Numbered from the stretch's first letter, positions 43,356 through 54,171 are shown. The stretch is DNA of 64,000 nucleotides from Prevotella sp. (GCA_022769825.1 JALEJI010000045.1:22932-86931); one strand, 5' to 3'. The notes: generated by a model not told the origin, from the letters alone. Numbers and translations: made by a program.

Positions 43356-44222
43356 ATGATAGGCATGAAACAATTCATTCTCTTGGCGGCAATGATGACC
43401 GCCTCCATCGCTTACGCCTCAGAGCCTAACGACACCATAACCGTGAACAACGCCCACAAGGTGACAATCGTAAACTCCGACTCCCTGCTTCAGGTGGAAG
43501 TGAATGGCAAGGACGGCAAACCCGGTTTCCACTATATGGCCACGCTTCGCAACACCGATGGCAACTACGAAAGCTCATCCATGGGCGGCCTGTTCAACTT
43601 CAGCATCGTCAACAAGTTTGGCAAGAACAAGAAACGCCCACCTCTCTACTACTCCAACCTGCACGTCTTCTTCGGCTTCAACGGCGCGGCGGGCAACGAC
43701 GACGTGGTGAATACCAACATGTGGCAGGGCATCAACATCGGCACATACATAGACTGGGGCGTGAACCCCTGGCGCGACGGCCACCGGTTCTCGGCCGGCA
43801 TAGGCTTGGAATGGAAAAACTACAGGATGACATCAAGGAAGCAGTTTGTGAAAGCCGACAACGGCAACGTCACGGTGGAACCTCTCGGAGATAACGTGGA
43901 GCCCAAGTTCTCGCGCATCAAGACCTTCAGCCTCATCTTCCCCATCATGTACAGTTATCAGCAATCTGGCTGGGGCTTCTCGTTAGGGCCTGTCATAAAC
44001 TGCACCACACACTCTTCAATAAAGACGCGTTACAAAGTCAACGGCGAGAAGCACAAGGACAAGTACAAGGACTTGCACCCCAGCGCCGTCACCGTGGACA
44101 TCATGGGAACCATCATCACGCCATGGCTGCTCAACTTCTACGTCAAGTATAACCCGTGCGACATCCTCGACACGGAATACGGCCCAAAGTTCCACAGCCT
44201 GTCGGTTGGCTTCATGATATAA
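43356..44222 (+). CDS. Outer-membrane beta-barrel protein
   Basis: Signal peptide, amphipathic strands (FSAGIGLEWKNY, FSLGP, FYVKYNP), terminal LSVGFMI. Confidence 0.72.
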   Translation: MIGMKQFILLAAMMTASIAYASEPNDTITVNNAHKVTIVNSDSLLQVEVNGKDGKPGFHYMATLRNTDGNYESSSMGGLFNFSIVNKFGKNKKRPPLYYSNLHVFFGFNGAAGNDDVVNTNMWQGINIGTYIDWGVNPWRDGHRFSAGIGLEWKNYRMTSRKQFVKADNGNVTVEPLGDNVEPKFSRIKTFSLIFPIMYSYQQSGWGFSLGPVINCTTHSSIKTRYKVNGEKHKDKYKDLHPSAVTVDIMGTIITPWLLNFYVKYNPCDILDTEYGPKFHSLSVGFMI

Positions 44223-44370
44223 GAACTGCCCTTCGCGAGAAGGAGTCTCAGACCGTCAGCAAATCGCACGACGCGCCTGCGCTTTACGCCAAAACACTCA
44301 CCGACATTACGCTTCACGGGCCAATGGTCCGCAACCGCGGTTGGTGTTCCATTCTGGTTGCTGATGGCCA

Positions 44371-45102
44371 TTAAAGAATGGCCTCGACACGTTTCACTTG
44401 CTCAGCCGAAGGCGGCTGCACGTCGCCAAGGGTGTATTTCAATCCGAGCTGTTCCCACTTGTAAACGCCAAGCGTGTGGTAAGGCAACACCTCCACGCGC
44501 TTCACGTTGTCGAGCGAGTCGATAAACGATCTCATACGGCGCAGATGGCCTTCATTGTCGGTGATGCCCGGCACGAGCACATGGCGGATCCACACCGGCA
44601 CGCCAAGCTCAGACAAGCAACGCGCGCAATCGAGTATGTTCTCGTTGCCATGACCCGTAAGCCACTTGTGCCTGTCGCTGTCGAGATGCTTCAAGTCGAG
44701 CAACACGGTATCAGTGGCTTTCATCAGTCTCACGAACTTTCCGAAGAACGGCTCCGTCCGCGAGAACGGTTGCGCGGCCGTGTCAAGGCAGGTGTTTATG
44801 CCACGACGATGGGCCTCCTCGAAGAGGTCTATCAAGCCGTCCATCTGCAACAGCGCCTCGCCACCGCTCACGGTGATGCCGCCATCCTCGCCCCAATAGG
44901 CACGGTAGCGTTCGGCCTTGTCGAGCAATTCATCGACCGACACGGCCTCGTCGTCGCCATCCGCCATTCGCCACGTGTCCGGGTTGTGGCAATAGCGACA
45001 CCGCATGAGGCATCCTTTCAAGAATATGATAAAGCGAATCCCTGGCCCGTCTACCGAGCCAAAGGATTCTATCGAGTGTACGTTCAGCTTAGAGACGCTC
45101 AT
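44371..45102 (-). CDS. pflA: Pyruvate formate-lyase activating enzyme
   Basis: [15 protein letters not shown], radical SAM motif [21 protein letters not shown]. Confidence 0.97.
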   Translation of the reverse strand: MSVSKLNVHSIESFGSVDGPGIRFIIFLKGCLMRCRYCHNPDTWRMADGDDEAVSVDELLDKAERYRAYWGEDGGITVSGGEALLQMDGLIDLFEEAHRRGINTCLDTAAQPFSRTEPFFGKFVRLMKATDTVLLDLKHLDSDRHKWLTGHGNENILDCARCLSELGVPVWIRHVLVPGITDNEGHLRRMRSFIDSLDNVKRVEVLPYHTLGVYKWEQLGLKYTLGDVQPPSAEQVKRVEAIL

Positions 45103-47335
45103 GGGCCTGACGCGCTATGACATCAAGTTGCTGCTCCCTGGTGAGGTCGATGAACTTCACTGCATAGCCACTCACGCGAATGGTGAAGTTGGCATATTCC
45201 GGCTTCTCCGGATGCTCCATGGCATCCTTGAGCTTGTCCACGCCGAAGACGTTGACGTTCAGGTGGTGGGCACCCTTGTTGAAATAGCCGTCCATGACAC
45301 CCACGAGTGTCGTGGCGCGCTGCGAGTCGTCGTGTCCCAATGCGCTTGGGCTGATGGTCTGCGTGTTGGATATTCCGTCGAGGGCATACTTGTAAGGCAA
45401 CTTCGCGAGCGAGTTGAGCGAAGCCAGCAGACCGTTCTTCTCGGCGCCATAACTTGGGTTTGCCCCTGGCGCGAGAGGCGCGCCAGCCTTGCGTCCGTCG
45501 GGCATGTTGCTCGTGTACTTGCCATAGACCACGTTCGACGTTATGGTCAGTATCGAGGTCGTTGGCTCAGAATCGCGGTAGGTGTGGTGCTTCTTCACCA
45601 TACCGACAAACGTCTTGAGCAGCCACACGGCTATGTCGTCGGCACGGTCGTCGTCGTTACCGTAGCGCGGGAAGTCGCCCTCGGTCTTGAACTCCAACGG
45701 GAAGCCGGTCTCGTCGCGCACGATGTTCACCTTGGCATACTTGATTGCCGAGATAGAGTCGACCACATGCGAGAAGCCCGCTATGCCCGTGGCGAAGGTG
45801 CGGCGCACGTCGGTATCGATGAGGGCCATCTCCGCGGCCTCGTAGAAATACTTGTCGTGCATGTAGTGGATGAGGTTGAGCGTCTTCACGTAAACGGCAG
45901 CGAGCCACTCCATCATGTCCATGAACCTTGGCATGAACTCCTCGTAGGTCAGCACGTCGCCCTCTATCGGACGGTATGCCGGGCCCACCTGCTCGCGCGT
46001 CTTGCTGTCCACACCACCGCTTATGGCATAGGTCAAGCACTTGGCGAGGTTGGCGCGCGCGCCGAAGAACTGCATCTCCTTGCCCGTCTGAGTAGCGCTC
46101 ACGCAACAGCAGATGCTGTAGTCGTCTCCCCATACAGGACGCATCACGTCGTCGTTCTCATACTGTATACTGCTGGTCTTCACGGAGATGAGTGCCGCAT
46201 ACTGCTTAAACGACTTTGGCAGGCGGCTGCTGTAAAGCACCGTGAGGTTAGGTTCGGGCGACGGCCCCATGTTCTCCAACGTGTGGAGGAAGCGAAAATC
46301 GTTCTTGGTGACCATGTGGCGACCGTCCTGGCCTATGCCGCCCACCTCCAACGTGGCCCAAACGGGGTCGCCGGAGAAGAGCTGGTTGTAGGATGGTATG
46401 CGGGCGAACTTCACCATGCGGAACTTCATCACCAAGTGGTCGATGAGCTCCTGGGCGTCCTGCTCTGTCAGTGTGCCCTCGTTGAAATCGCGCTGTATGT
46501 ATATGTCGAGGAAAGTGGAGACACGTCCCACCGACATGGCCGCGCCGTTTTGGGTCTTCACCGCGCCGAGGTAACCGAAGTAGAGCCATTGCACGGCCTC
46601 GCGCGCGTTTGTCGCGGGCTTAGAGATGTCGAAGCCATAGAGCGCCGCCATGTCTTTCAGTCCCTTGAGGGCCTTTATCTGCATGGCCACTTCCTCGCGC
46701 AAGCGTATCACGTCGTCTATCATCTCGCGCTCGCCCATGTTCAAGAGGTCGTTGTGCTTCTCCTGGATCAGGAAGTCGATGCCATAGAGTGCCACGCGAC
46801 GGTAGTCGCCCACGATGCGACCGCGCCCGTAGGTATCGGGCAGGCCAGTGAGGATATGGTTGTGGCGCACGCGCTTCATCTCCGGGGTGTAAGCGTCAAA
46901 CACGCCGTCGTTGTGGGTCTTCACATAGTTATGGAATATGTCATGCAGCTTCTCCGAGGGTTGGTAGCCGTAGGTGGTGCAAGCCTGTTCGGCCATCTTT
47001 ATGCCGCCATAGGGCATAAAGGCACGCTTGAGAGGCTTGTCGGTCTGCAGGCCTACCACCTTCTCCAGGTCTTTCGTCTTGTCGTTGATGTAACCGGGGC
47101 CATAGGCCGTAAGACCTGAGACCACTTCCGTCTCCATGTCGAGCACGCCGTTCTTGGCTCGCTCCTCCTTCTGCAATTGCTGCAGTTCGCCCCAAAGGGT
47201 GTCGGTAGCTTCAGTGGGCCCTACAAGGAAACTCTCGTCGCCATCGTATTGGGTGTAGTTATTCTGAATAAAATCCCTAAGATTGATTTCTTCCTTCCAT
47301 TGTGTGCCATGGAAGTCGCGCCATGCGTTTTTCAT
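45089..47335 (-). CDS. pflB: Formate C-acetyltransferase (pyruvate formate-lyase)
   Basis: [28 protein letters not shown], glycyl-radical motif TIRVSGYAV. Confidence 0.98.
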   Translation of the reverse strand: MKNAWRDFHGTQWKEEINLRDFIQNNYTQYDGDESFLVGPTEATDTLWGELQQLQKEERAKNGVLDMETEVVSGLTAYGPGYINDKTKDLEKVVGLQTDKPLKRAFMPYGGIKMAEQACTTYGYQPSEKLHDIFHNYVKTHNDGVFDAYTPEMKRVRHNHILTGLPDTYGRGRIVGDYRRVALYGIDFLIQEKHNDLLNMGEREMIDDVIRLREEVAMQIKALKGLKDMAALYGFDISKPATNAREAVQWLYFGYLGAVKTQNGAAMSVGRVSTFLDIYIQRDFNEGTLTEQDAQELIDHLVMKFRMVKFARIPSYNQLFSGDPVWATLEVGGIGQDGRHMVTKNDFRFLHTLENMGPSPEPNLTVLYSSRLPKSFKQYAALISVKTSSIQYENDDVMRPVWGDDYSICCCVSATQTGKEMQFFGARANLAKCLTYAISGGVDSKTREQVGPAYRPIEGDVLTYEEFMPRFMDMMEWLAAVYVKTLNLIHYMHDKYFYEAAEMALIDTDVRRTFATGIAGFSHVVDSISAIKYAKVNIVRDETGFPLEFKTEGDFPRYGNDDDRADDIAVWLLKTFVGMVKKHHTYRDSEPTTSILTITSNVVYGKYTSNMPDGRKAGAPLAPGANPSYGAEKNGLLASLNSLAKLPYKYALDGISNTQTISPSALGHDDSQRATTLVGVMDGYFNKGAHHLNVNVFGVDKLKDAMEHPEKPEYANFTIRVSGYAVKFIDLTREQQLDVIARQAHERL

Positions 47336-47502
47336 AAATAAAACTTTGGTGTTGGTTTATAAAACTTAGGCATGCAAAGTTAGGCTTTATTTCCCTAACA
47401 AAAGAATTTTTTTGACTAATTAAAGTGACAAAAACGACAATTTAGCGCACTGCCATGTCTCGAAGACATGAGCGTCAAGGCATGGCAGCACGTGAATCCC
47501 AA

Positions 47503-47872
47503 CATGAGTCGTGCTGCTTCTGGATACCACAGGTCCCACAACACACGAGCACGCCAAGTCGACCCACAGAGGTGTCGATGGGATGGAAGCCCAGGTCGCC
47601 GGGCGTGAAGTAAAACTTCTCGTAATAGGCTGGGTCGTCGGGGATGTGCATCTTACGGTATTTGCCGGCAATGGAGCCGTCGCTTTCTATCACCACCGCA
47701 GTGTTGTGACACAGTCCCGCGGCACGCTTCTCGAAGAGCGAGGTGACGATGACCACGCCAAGCTCGCGCGCCTGTTGCCCGAAAAGCTCGGTGGATGGCC
47801 CGGGAATGGTCTCGGCAAGGTCGAATAGGTCCACGTTCTCCGTCTGGCAGAAATAAATACTGTTGTGAAGTT
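47503..47872 (-). pseudogene. Diverged internal fragment of aguB (about residues 42-164), frameshifted near the catalytic Cys
   Basis: Aligns to 48933-49300 with scattered, mostly synonymous substitutions and a net +2 nt; lacks both termini. Confidence 0.85.
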
Positions 47873-47875
47873 TAC

Positions 47876-48364
47876 TTAAAAGTTTACGCAAACTCCTACG
47901 GCGTGTCGTGTTTGTTTCATGCCATTTGGCAAATCCAAATATACATTTGAACCCCTTAACGAAAACTCAACGCTTTCCTTAGCCTTTTTTTTGTTCTTAT
48001 GCGAGATAACAAATAGTGGAATACTGGAGACTGTTAAGCCTATACCAATCCCCAAGACTACGTCCCATGCTTTCCCGTCATCTTTCCAATTAATATTAGT
48101 GTACGCATTGTTACCCACATCTCCTATCAAACCGACTATTGTACCACAAAGACCCACTCCAAGTGTAGTAAATGCACACGTTTTGAGCTTCTTGTACCTT
48201 TTCCAATAAATAGTATGTTCATACCCCTTTTGAGAGTTTATCTTTGCCACATCTTTATACATTGGAAAGGGAGATGACAAACATCTTACAGAATACGATT
48301 CATATTCTTTCGCATTTGCCAATAGCGCACAAAACAAGAACATAAGAGTATATATGTATCGCAT
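47876..48364 (-). CDS. AT-rich hypothetical exported/membrane protein
   Basis: Signal peptide, two Gly-rich hydrophobic helices, basic patch, C-terminal strand ending in Phe; visibly more AT-rich than its neighbours. Confidence 0.75.
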   Translation of the reverse strand: MRYIYTLMFLFCALLANAKEYESYSVRCLSSPFPMYKDVAKINSQKGYEHTIYWKRYKKLKTCAFTTLGVGLCGTIVGLIGDVGNNAYTNINWKDDGKAWDVVLGIGIGLTVSSIPLFVISHKNKKKAKESVEFSLRGSNVYLDLPNGMKQTRHAVGVCVNF

Positions 48365-48381
48365 AGCTGGATTGAGAATTA

Positions 48382-48408
48382 AATAGTGGGGGCTTTCACC
48401 CCACTATT
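48382..48408. terminator. Hairpin just upstream of the AT-rich gene
   Basis: AATAGTGGGG-GCTTTCA-CCCCACTATT. Confidence 0.5.
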
Positions 48409-48542
48409 ATATTGTTTTATTTATCTATCCGGATATATCCTTGATAATAGGTGGTTTTTCCATTTTTTTGCTAATATTGGCACATAATGTTGGAGATATT
48501 GGGGCATCCACCACCAAGCATTGGCATCATGAATACCGTCAT

Positions 48543-49424
48543 TCAGTCTACAAATCGCCTCAATATGTCTTCGTACTTGTCTATCCTGCGATCCCTGAGG
48601 AAGGGCCACCAACGCCTCACCTGCTCAGAGCGGGCAAGGTCTATCTCCACCACTTGCTCACACTCGTCGTCGTTGCCGGCACGGAACACCAGCTCTCCCT
48701 GCGGCCCAGCCACGAAACTGGAGCCCCAAAACTGTATGCCACCGGTCTGATGGCTTGGGTCTGGCTCGAAGCCCACGCGGTTTACGGTTATCACGGGCAG
48801 GCCGTTTGCCACGGCATGGCCGCGCTGCACCGTTGTCCACGCCTCGCGCTGGCGTTCCTGCTCCTCATTGGTGTCAGAAGACTCATAGCCTATCGCCGTG
48901 GGATAGATGAGCATCTCAGCGCCTTGCAACGCCATGAGGCGCGCTGCCTCAGGATACCACTGGTCCCAGCAAACCAAGACGCCAAGGCGGCCCACAGAGG
49001 TGTCGATGGGATGGAAGCCAAGGTCGCCGGGCGTGAAATAAAACTTCTCGTAATAGGCTGGGTCATCTGGGATGTGCATCTTACGGTATTTGCCGGCAAT
49101 GGAGCCGTCGCTTTCTATCACCACCGCAGTGTTGTGACACAGTCCAGCGGCACGCTTCTCGAAGAGCGAGGTGACGATTACCACGCCAAGCTCGCGCGCC
49201 AGTTGCCCGAAAAACTCGGTGGATGGCCCGGGGATGGTCTCGGCAAGGTCGAAGAGGTCCACGTTCTCCGTCTGGCAGAAATAAAGACTGTTGTGAAGTT
49301 CCTGCAACACTATGAGCCGCGCGCCCTTCCCAGCGAGCTGCCTGCACTTGTCGGCAAGGCGCTTCTTGTTTTGGTCAATGTCGGCAGTGTTGTGCTGTTG
49401 TATAATACCTACTTTCAATTTCAT
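48543..49424 (-). CDS. aguB: N-carbamoylputrescine amidase (CN-hydrolase)
   Basis: Glu-Lys-Cys triad: LQELH, YRKMHIPDDP, VCWDQWYPE; follows agmatine deiminase. Confidence 0.9.
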   Translation of the reverse strand: MKLKVGIIQQHNTADIDQNKKRLADKCRQLAGKGARLIVLQELHNSLYFCQTENVDLFDLAETIPGPSTEFFGQLARELGVVIVTSLFEKRAAGLCHNTAVVIESDGSIAGKYRKMHIPDDPAYYEKFYFTPGDLGFHPIDTSVGRLGVLVCWDQWYPEAARLMALQGAEMLIYPTAIGYESSDTNEEQERQREAWTTVQRGHAVANGLPVITVNRVGFEPDPSHQTGGIQFWGSSFVAGPQGELVFRAGNDDECEQVVEIDLARSEQVRRWWPFLRDRRIDKYEDILRRFVD

Positions 49425-49442
49425 GTTCGTAAAGGTTTTAAC

Positions 49443-50498
49443 TTACAAGTTGTTTTTTATCAAGCCCTTGGGCAATTGCATCGTGAGGCAGTGTATGGAG
49501 CCGTGCTGACGCACTATGACAGACGCGTCCACGGCGACGATTTCCCTGCCCGGGAAAGCCTCGGCCACCAATGCCTTCGCCTGTTCGTCTTTTTCCCGCT
49601 GCCCATACACTGGCACGATGACCGCGCCGTTAATGACAAGGAAGTTGGCATAGGTAGCGGGCAGCCGCTCGCCGTCGAATACCATCTCGTCTGGCATGGG
49701 CAACTTGAGCAACCTGTATGGCTTGCCCTCAACGGTTGTCAAGGCTTGCAGCTCCGTCTCCAGCGCCTTGAAGTCGGCGTATTGCTCATCAGCCTCATCG
49801 TCGCAACCCACATATAACAATGTGTCGTCGGGGCATATCCTCACAATGGTGTCGATGTGACCGTCGGTATCGTCGCCCACGAGGTTGCCATGCCGCAGCC
49901 ATACCACGCGGTCGGCGCCAAGGTCGCCCTTCAGCCTCTCGCCTATCTCCGCCTCGCTTAAAGGCTGGTTGCGACGCGGGGCGAGCAGACACTGGGCGGT
50001 GGTGAACACCGTGCCCTTGCCGTCGCTCTCTATTGAGCCGCCCTCAAGCACGAAGTCGTCGTGGCTCTCCAATGCGGCCGAGAACAGGCCTTTGCCATGA
50101 AGCGCAGAAGTGATGGCATTGTCTTTCTGCCAGCTGAACTTCTCGCCCCAGCCGTTAAACCTGAAGTCGAGCAGCTTGAGGCTGCCATCCTTGCCGCTTC
50201 GCAAGATTATGGGTCCGTGGTCGCGCGCCCACGTGTCGTTGATGTCGCACGCCACCACCGTGACACGTGCCACCTCCGCCTCCGTCAGCGAATCACTAAG
50301 CAGAGTCTTGACATAGGCTGCGTCTTTTGCCGCAATGACGAGCCGCTCACGCGCGGCTATCACCTTTGAGAGCGTCAAGTATGTAGACGTTATCTCGTCG
50401 ATATAAGGTCGCCAATCGGTATCCGGGTTTGGCCAAGTGAGCATTACGCCATCTTGTGGCTCCCATTCTGCCGGGAGCGTGTATTCGGGTTGTGCCAT
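49443..50498 (-). CDS. aguA: Agmatine deiminase
   Basis: PAEWEPQ, DTWARDHGP, LEGGSIESDG, DTDGHID, ATYANF, GSIHCLTMQ. Confidence 0.93.
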   Translation of the reverse strand: MAQPEYTLPAEWEPQDGVMLTWPNPDTDWRPYIDEITSTYLTLSKVIAARERLVIAAKDAAYVKTLLSDSLTEAEVARVTVVACDINDTWARDHGPIILRSGKDGSLKLLDFRFNGWGEKFSWQKDNAITSALHGKGLFSAALESHDDFVLEGGSIESDGKGTVFTTAQCLLAPRRNQPLSEAEIGERLKGDLGADRVVWLRHGNLVGDDTDGHIDTIVRICPDDTLLYVGCDDEADEQYADFKALETELQALTTVEGKPYRLLKLPMPDEMVFDGERLPATYANFLVINGAVIVPVYGQREKDEQAKALVAEAFPGREIVAVDASVIVRQHGSIHCLTMQLPKGLIKNNL

Positions 50499-50762
50499 GA
50501 ATGTTATTTATTTGTTGTATGCAAAAGTAAGCAATAACACTTAAAAATCAAAGCTCATCAAGCAAATAGTTGATTGCCAAGCGCCACTATTTTATCCTTG
50601 GGGCAACCAATTTGACACAAACATGGTATGGGGGCCCATCAACAGTGCCATAGGATATGCGGGCATTCCTCCTCCTGATAGGCGCGCATCAGCGTGAGCG
50701 CCTGCTCCATGTCGCCTGCTATCACCGACTTCACGAACTTGGTCACGACATCCTCATTATCC

Positions 50763-53700
50763 TTACGGATACACCTCAATATGACTACTGCCTGAACTGC
50801 CGTTCTTTATTATTCGTATCTGCGTGGTTATGCGCTCGCTCATGGTATCGGTGTGGCTTATCACGCCCACCTTCTTGCCTTGCGACGACTGCAGCATGGC
50901 GAGCGAGTCGATGACCGTGGAAAGGGTGTCGGGATCAAGCGTGCCAAAGCCCTCGTCAATGAAAAGGTTGTCGAATGAAATGTTGCGCGACGAGAGTGCC
51001 GACAAGCCAAGAGCCAGTCCGAGACTGACGATGAATGTCTCACCGCCCGACAGCGACGTCGTGTCGCGTATGTCGTCGGCACGATCGTGGTCAATAACCC
51101 TTATGCCAAGCGAGTGTTTCACCTGCACCAGCTCGTAGCGCGTGTTAAACTTTCGTATCTCCGCGTTGGCATGAGCTATGAGGAAACGCAGCGTGTAGCA
51201 TTGCGCTATCTTGCGCAGCGTGCGTCCATCGGTACCAATGGCGTCGGTTATGGCAGTCCACTCGCCTGCCGTCCTCTCCGCCTGCATCTTGCGGTCGTGC
51301 ATGATGCCCATCTGCCGCCGCGCGTGGTCATAGCGTTGCTTTCGCGATTTTGCCTCTACGAGTTCCGTGTCGGGTTGCGCTTCCAGCTCTGCCTTGCGCC
51401 TTGCGAGGTCGTCGCGCGAGGCATCAGGCTTCGTCGCCTGATGTTCGGCGTGCTCCTTGGCCGCCTTGTCAAGTAGCGTTTGTGCCTTTGTCAGCGCGTC
51501 ATCCTTCGCCTGTACGCATTTCCTCATCCGTTCCCAGTTGTCGGTAGCGGAATAGAGCGAGACTATGTCGGCCACTGTCATGGAGTTTTCGCCATTCTTC
51601 TCGTTGTAGGCTGCAACCCACGCTGAAAGCTCGTCGGTGCGCCGCCCTACGGTTTTCTCCGCCGAGCGCGACTGTTTCTTGCAAGCCTCCATCTTGCCCG
51701 ACAACGCGCTGAGGTTATTGCTTAGCTTTGCTATATCTTCAGTCTTGGCAGTCACCTTGTTGTCGGCTTGCTTCACTTTCTCCGCAAGTTGTGCTTCATA
51801 TTTGTCAGGGTCTTTGTCACCCACCTCGGCTTTCATGTCCCCGTGCAAGCGTTCCGCCGCGGCTTTGGCATCGTTGTAGACTTTCAAGGCCGTGGCCAGG
51901 GCGTTTTTCTTTTCCTTGAGTTGCGACAGCAGGTTCTCCGTCTTGCCCTTGGCGGTGGCAAGCTGCGTCATGGCGACATTCCTTGCCTGTTCAGCCAACT
52001 TCATCCGCTTGTCTGAATCCTCCTTATATTCATTCAGTTTTTTCTCGGCACGCTCTTTCGCCTTGCGCGCGTTCTCAACCCTCTTCACCAAGGCGTAGTA
52101 GCTGTCAAGGGCCTTAGTTGCCTCTTGCGCCTTCCGCTCAACGATGGGCAGCGACTCGCCGAGAGCCTCAGCCGTGGCCTCCCATTCAGGATGCCTGCCG
52201 TGCATGGTGTCCCAGTCGGCGGTGGCCCGCTTTACGTCAGCCTCAAGAGAGGCTATGCCCTTCCCTATCTGCTTCATGCTCCCGTCTATGCTTCCCTGCT
52301 CCTTTGTCAGGTCGGTCAAGGTTCGCGTCTGCCTGTCAAGCTCTTTTTCCTTGTCCTGTATGAGCATGGCAAGCTCCGACATCACGGGGGCAAGTGTGGC
52401 GTCGTCGACAAAAGGATGATGAGTGGCGCCACACAGCGGGCACGGCTCGCCGTCGTGCAGGCCATGGCGGTGAGCCTGCCAATCGTCGCTTGTCATGAGC
52501 GTGTGCGTACGGCGCAAGGTGTCCAACTCTCTTTTCAGGCTTTCGGTATCAATGCCGCCTATTGCCGCCTTTATCTCTTCACTTCGCTTCTTCAGGACCT
52601 CCAGCTCCATGACGTTCTTTTCGAGGCGCGTCTTTTTATCATCAAGGTCTTGCAGCGTCTTTATGGCCGACTTGATGTCGCCAAGATTTGCGTCAGCCTC
52701 CGTCTTCGCGTTTTGAAGGGTCTCGACATCCAAGCCGTCTGCCTTTGCGGCCTCGGCCGTATAAGCATCGGTCAAGGAAGCCACCGCCTCTGCGAGCCGC
52801 TTGGTCTGGCTCTCTGTCTCGGCAGCCGATGCCTCATAAGCATCTTCGCGTGTCTTTACATCATCCTCCGCACGTGATATATCCGCTAAATTGCCATCAA
52901 GGGACCTTTGTGCCGCCACGACTGCTTGCTCGCCACGGTCTGCTTCGGCCTTTTTCTCAGCCACGCCCTTTTCCGAGGCCTTCAGCTCCGCCTTTATGGC
53001 TCGCGCGCGGTTTATGTGCGGCTTCTGCTTGTCATGCTCATCGAGTGCGGCTTGGCGAGCCTCTTTCAGATGTTTAAGCGTGACGGCCTCCTTGTCTACA
53101 TTTGCCTTAATCGTCCCTATTTGCGCCTCGGCTGATTTGATGTCGGCGTTGAGCCTGTCTATGTCGCGCCCTGTTTTCCTTATGTCCTTGTAAATGTCCA
53201 CCGCTTCGGTAGTGGCATCGTGCAGCTCGAGTCGCGCCTTCTGCCCTGCCATGGCGTCAACCTCCTTTTTGGCGAGTTCAAGGCTTTCGCCGCAATCTTT
53301 CAAGTCCTTGCTGATGTCATCCTCACGCGCGTACCAGTCGAGAGCCGTTTTTATGTTGTTTAGCTCCTTACGGTTCTGCGCGGCACGCTGCTCAAGTTCG
53401 GCAACGCGCGCGTTAAGTTCGGCCAACTGCTCATCGGTCAGGTCGTCTTGCTCATAGGCAGAGAGCTTCGCGCGTATCTCGTTGAGATTTTCTACGGCGG
53501 CGCGACGGTGCTCTGCTATCTTCTCCGATACACGCGTGTAGGTGCCGTCGTCTCCGATGAGCTTCTCCAGCAGTTCATAGCGTTCGTCCTCCTTGGCATT
53601 GAGGAAGTTGGCAAACGACCCTTGGGCAATGAGCACCGTCCGCAGGAACTGCTCATAATCAAGGCCTATGATGTCTGGCAGCGAGCTCCAGTCCACGGGT

Positions 53701-54152
53701 TCCTCCGTCTGCTTGCCGTCTTTCACGCCAATACGGTAAAGCGACGTTTGGGCGTTATCGTATTTCACGCGCAGGAAGCGGACATGCCATTCGGCGCGAT
53801 ACACCATGCCGTTATTGGCCAGGAAGGTGAGCTTGCTGTATCCCGACTTTCTGCCACGTGTCAGGATGTTGCGGCTGTCGGTCGGCGCGAGCCGGTTGTT
53901 CTCGCCCTCCTCCGGACTGCCGAATATCTCTATGTTCTGGTTGCGGTCGCCCTTCCTGCGCGGATAGCGCGGGGCACGGTTGTAGAGCGCAAGGCAGATG
54001 GCGTCGAGCAGGGTCGACTTGCCGCTGCCCGTAGGTCCCACGATGCTGAATATCGTGCTGTCGGCAAGTGACCCGTGCTCAAAGTCGATTACCTCTCCTT
54101 CCTGACGGTCGAGCGAGGCGAGGTTTAGTATCTCAAGTTTAAGAAATCTCAT
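50763..54152 (-). CDS. sbcC: SbcC/Rad50 SMC-like ATPase
   Basis: GPTGSGKST, Q-loop IAQGSF, long coiled coils with CPLCG zinc hook, LSGGE, LFIDEGFGTLD, VISH. Confidence 0.95.
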   Translation of the reverse strand: MRFLKLEILNLASLDRQEGEVIDFEHGSLADSTIFSIVGPTGSGKSTLLDAICLALYNRAPRYPRRKGDRNQNIEIFGSPEEGENNRLAPTDSRNILTRGRKSGYSKLTFLANNGMVYRAEWHVRFLRVKYDNAQTSLYRIGVKDGKQTEEPVDWSSLPDIIGLDYEQFLRTVLIAQGSFANFLNAKEDERYELLEKLIGDDGTYTRVSEKIAEHRRAAVENLNEIRAKLSAYEQDDLTDEQLAELNARVAELEQRAAQNRKELNNIKTALDWYAREDDISKDLKDCGESLELAKKEVDAMAGQKARLELHDATTEAVDIYKDIRKTGRDIDRLNADIKSAEAQIGTIKANVDKEAVTLKHLKEARQAALDEHDKQKPHINRARAIKAELKASEKGVAEKKAEADRGEQAVVAAQRSLDGNLADISRAEDDVKTREDAYEASAAETESQTKRLAEAVASLTDAYTAEAAKADGLDVETLQNAKTEADANLGDIKSAIKTLQDLDDKKTRLEKNVMELEVLKKRSEEIKAAIGGIDTESLKRELDTLRRTHTLMTSDDWQAHRHGLHDGEPCPLCGATHHPFVDDATLAPVMSELAMLIQDKEKELDRQTRTLTDLTKEQGSIDGSMKQIGKGIASLEADVKRATADWDTMHGRHPEWEATAEALGESLPIVERKAQEATKALDSYYALVKRVENARKAKERAEKKLNEYKEDSDKRMKLAEQARNVAMTQLATAKGKTENLLSQLKEKKNALATALKVYNDAKAAAERLHGDMKAEVGDKDPDKYEAQLAEKVKQADNKVTAKTEDIAKLSNNLSALSGKMEACKKQSRSAEKTVGRRTDELSAWVAAYNEKNGENSMTVADIVSLYSATDNWERMRKCVQAKDDALTKAQTLLDKAAKEHAEHQATKPDASRDDLARRKAELEAQPDTELVEAKSRKQRYDHARRQMGIMHDRKMQAERTAGEWTAITDAIGTDGRTLRKIAQCYTLRFLIAHANAEIRKFNTRYELVQVKHSLGIRVIDHDRADDIRDTTSLSGGETFIVSLGLALGLSALSSRNISFDNLFIDEGFGTLDPDTLSTVIDSLAMLQSSQGKKVGVISHTDTMSERITTQIRIIKNGSSGSSHIEVYP

Positions 54153-54171
54153 GGTTCGATTGCGTGTGTCA

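Noticed and set aside
44223-44370. GC-rich spacers (here and 29763-29950) as gene remnants or ncRNA
   Set aside because: I could not identify a protein motif or a convincing fold in either.
45005-47119. Long antisense ORFs (704 aa opposite pflB; also opposite rny, nadE, queA, DPP III, aguB and the last gene)
   Set aside because: These are shadow frames caused by GC-rich third-codon positions in well-conserved genes and carry no recognisable motifs.
47503-49300. aguB duplicate as a DGR template/variable repeat pair
   Set aside because: Substitutions are not adenine-specific and are mostly synonymous, and no reverse transcriptase is present.
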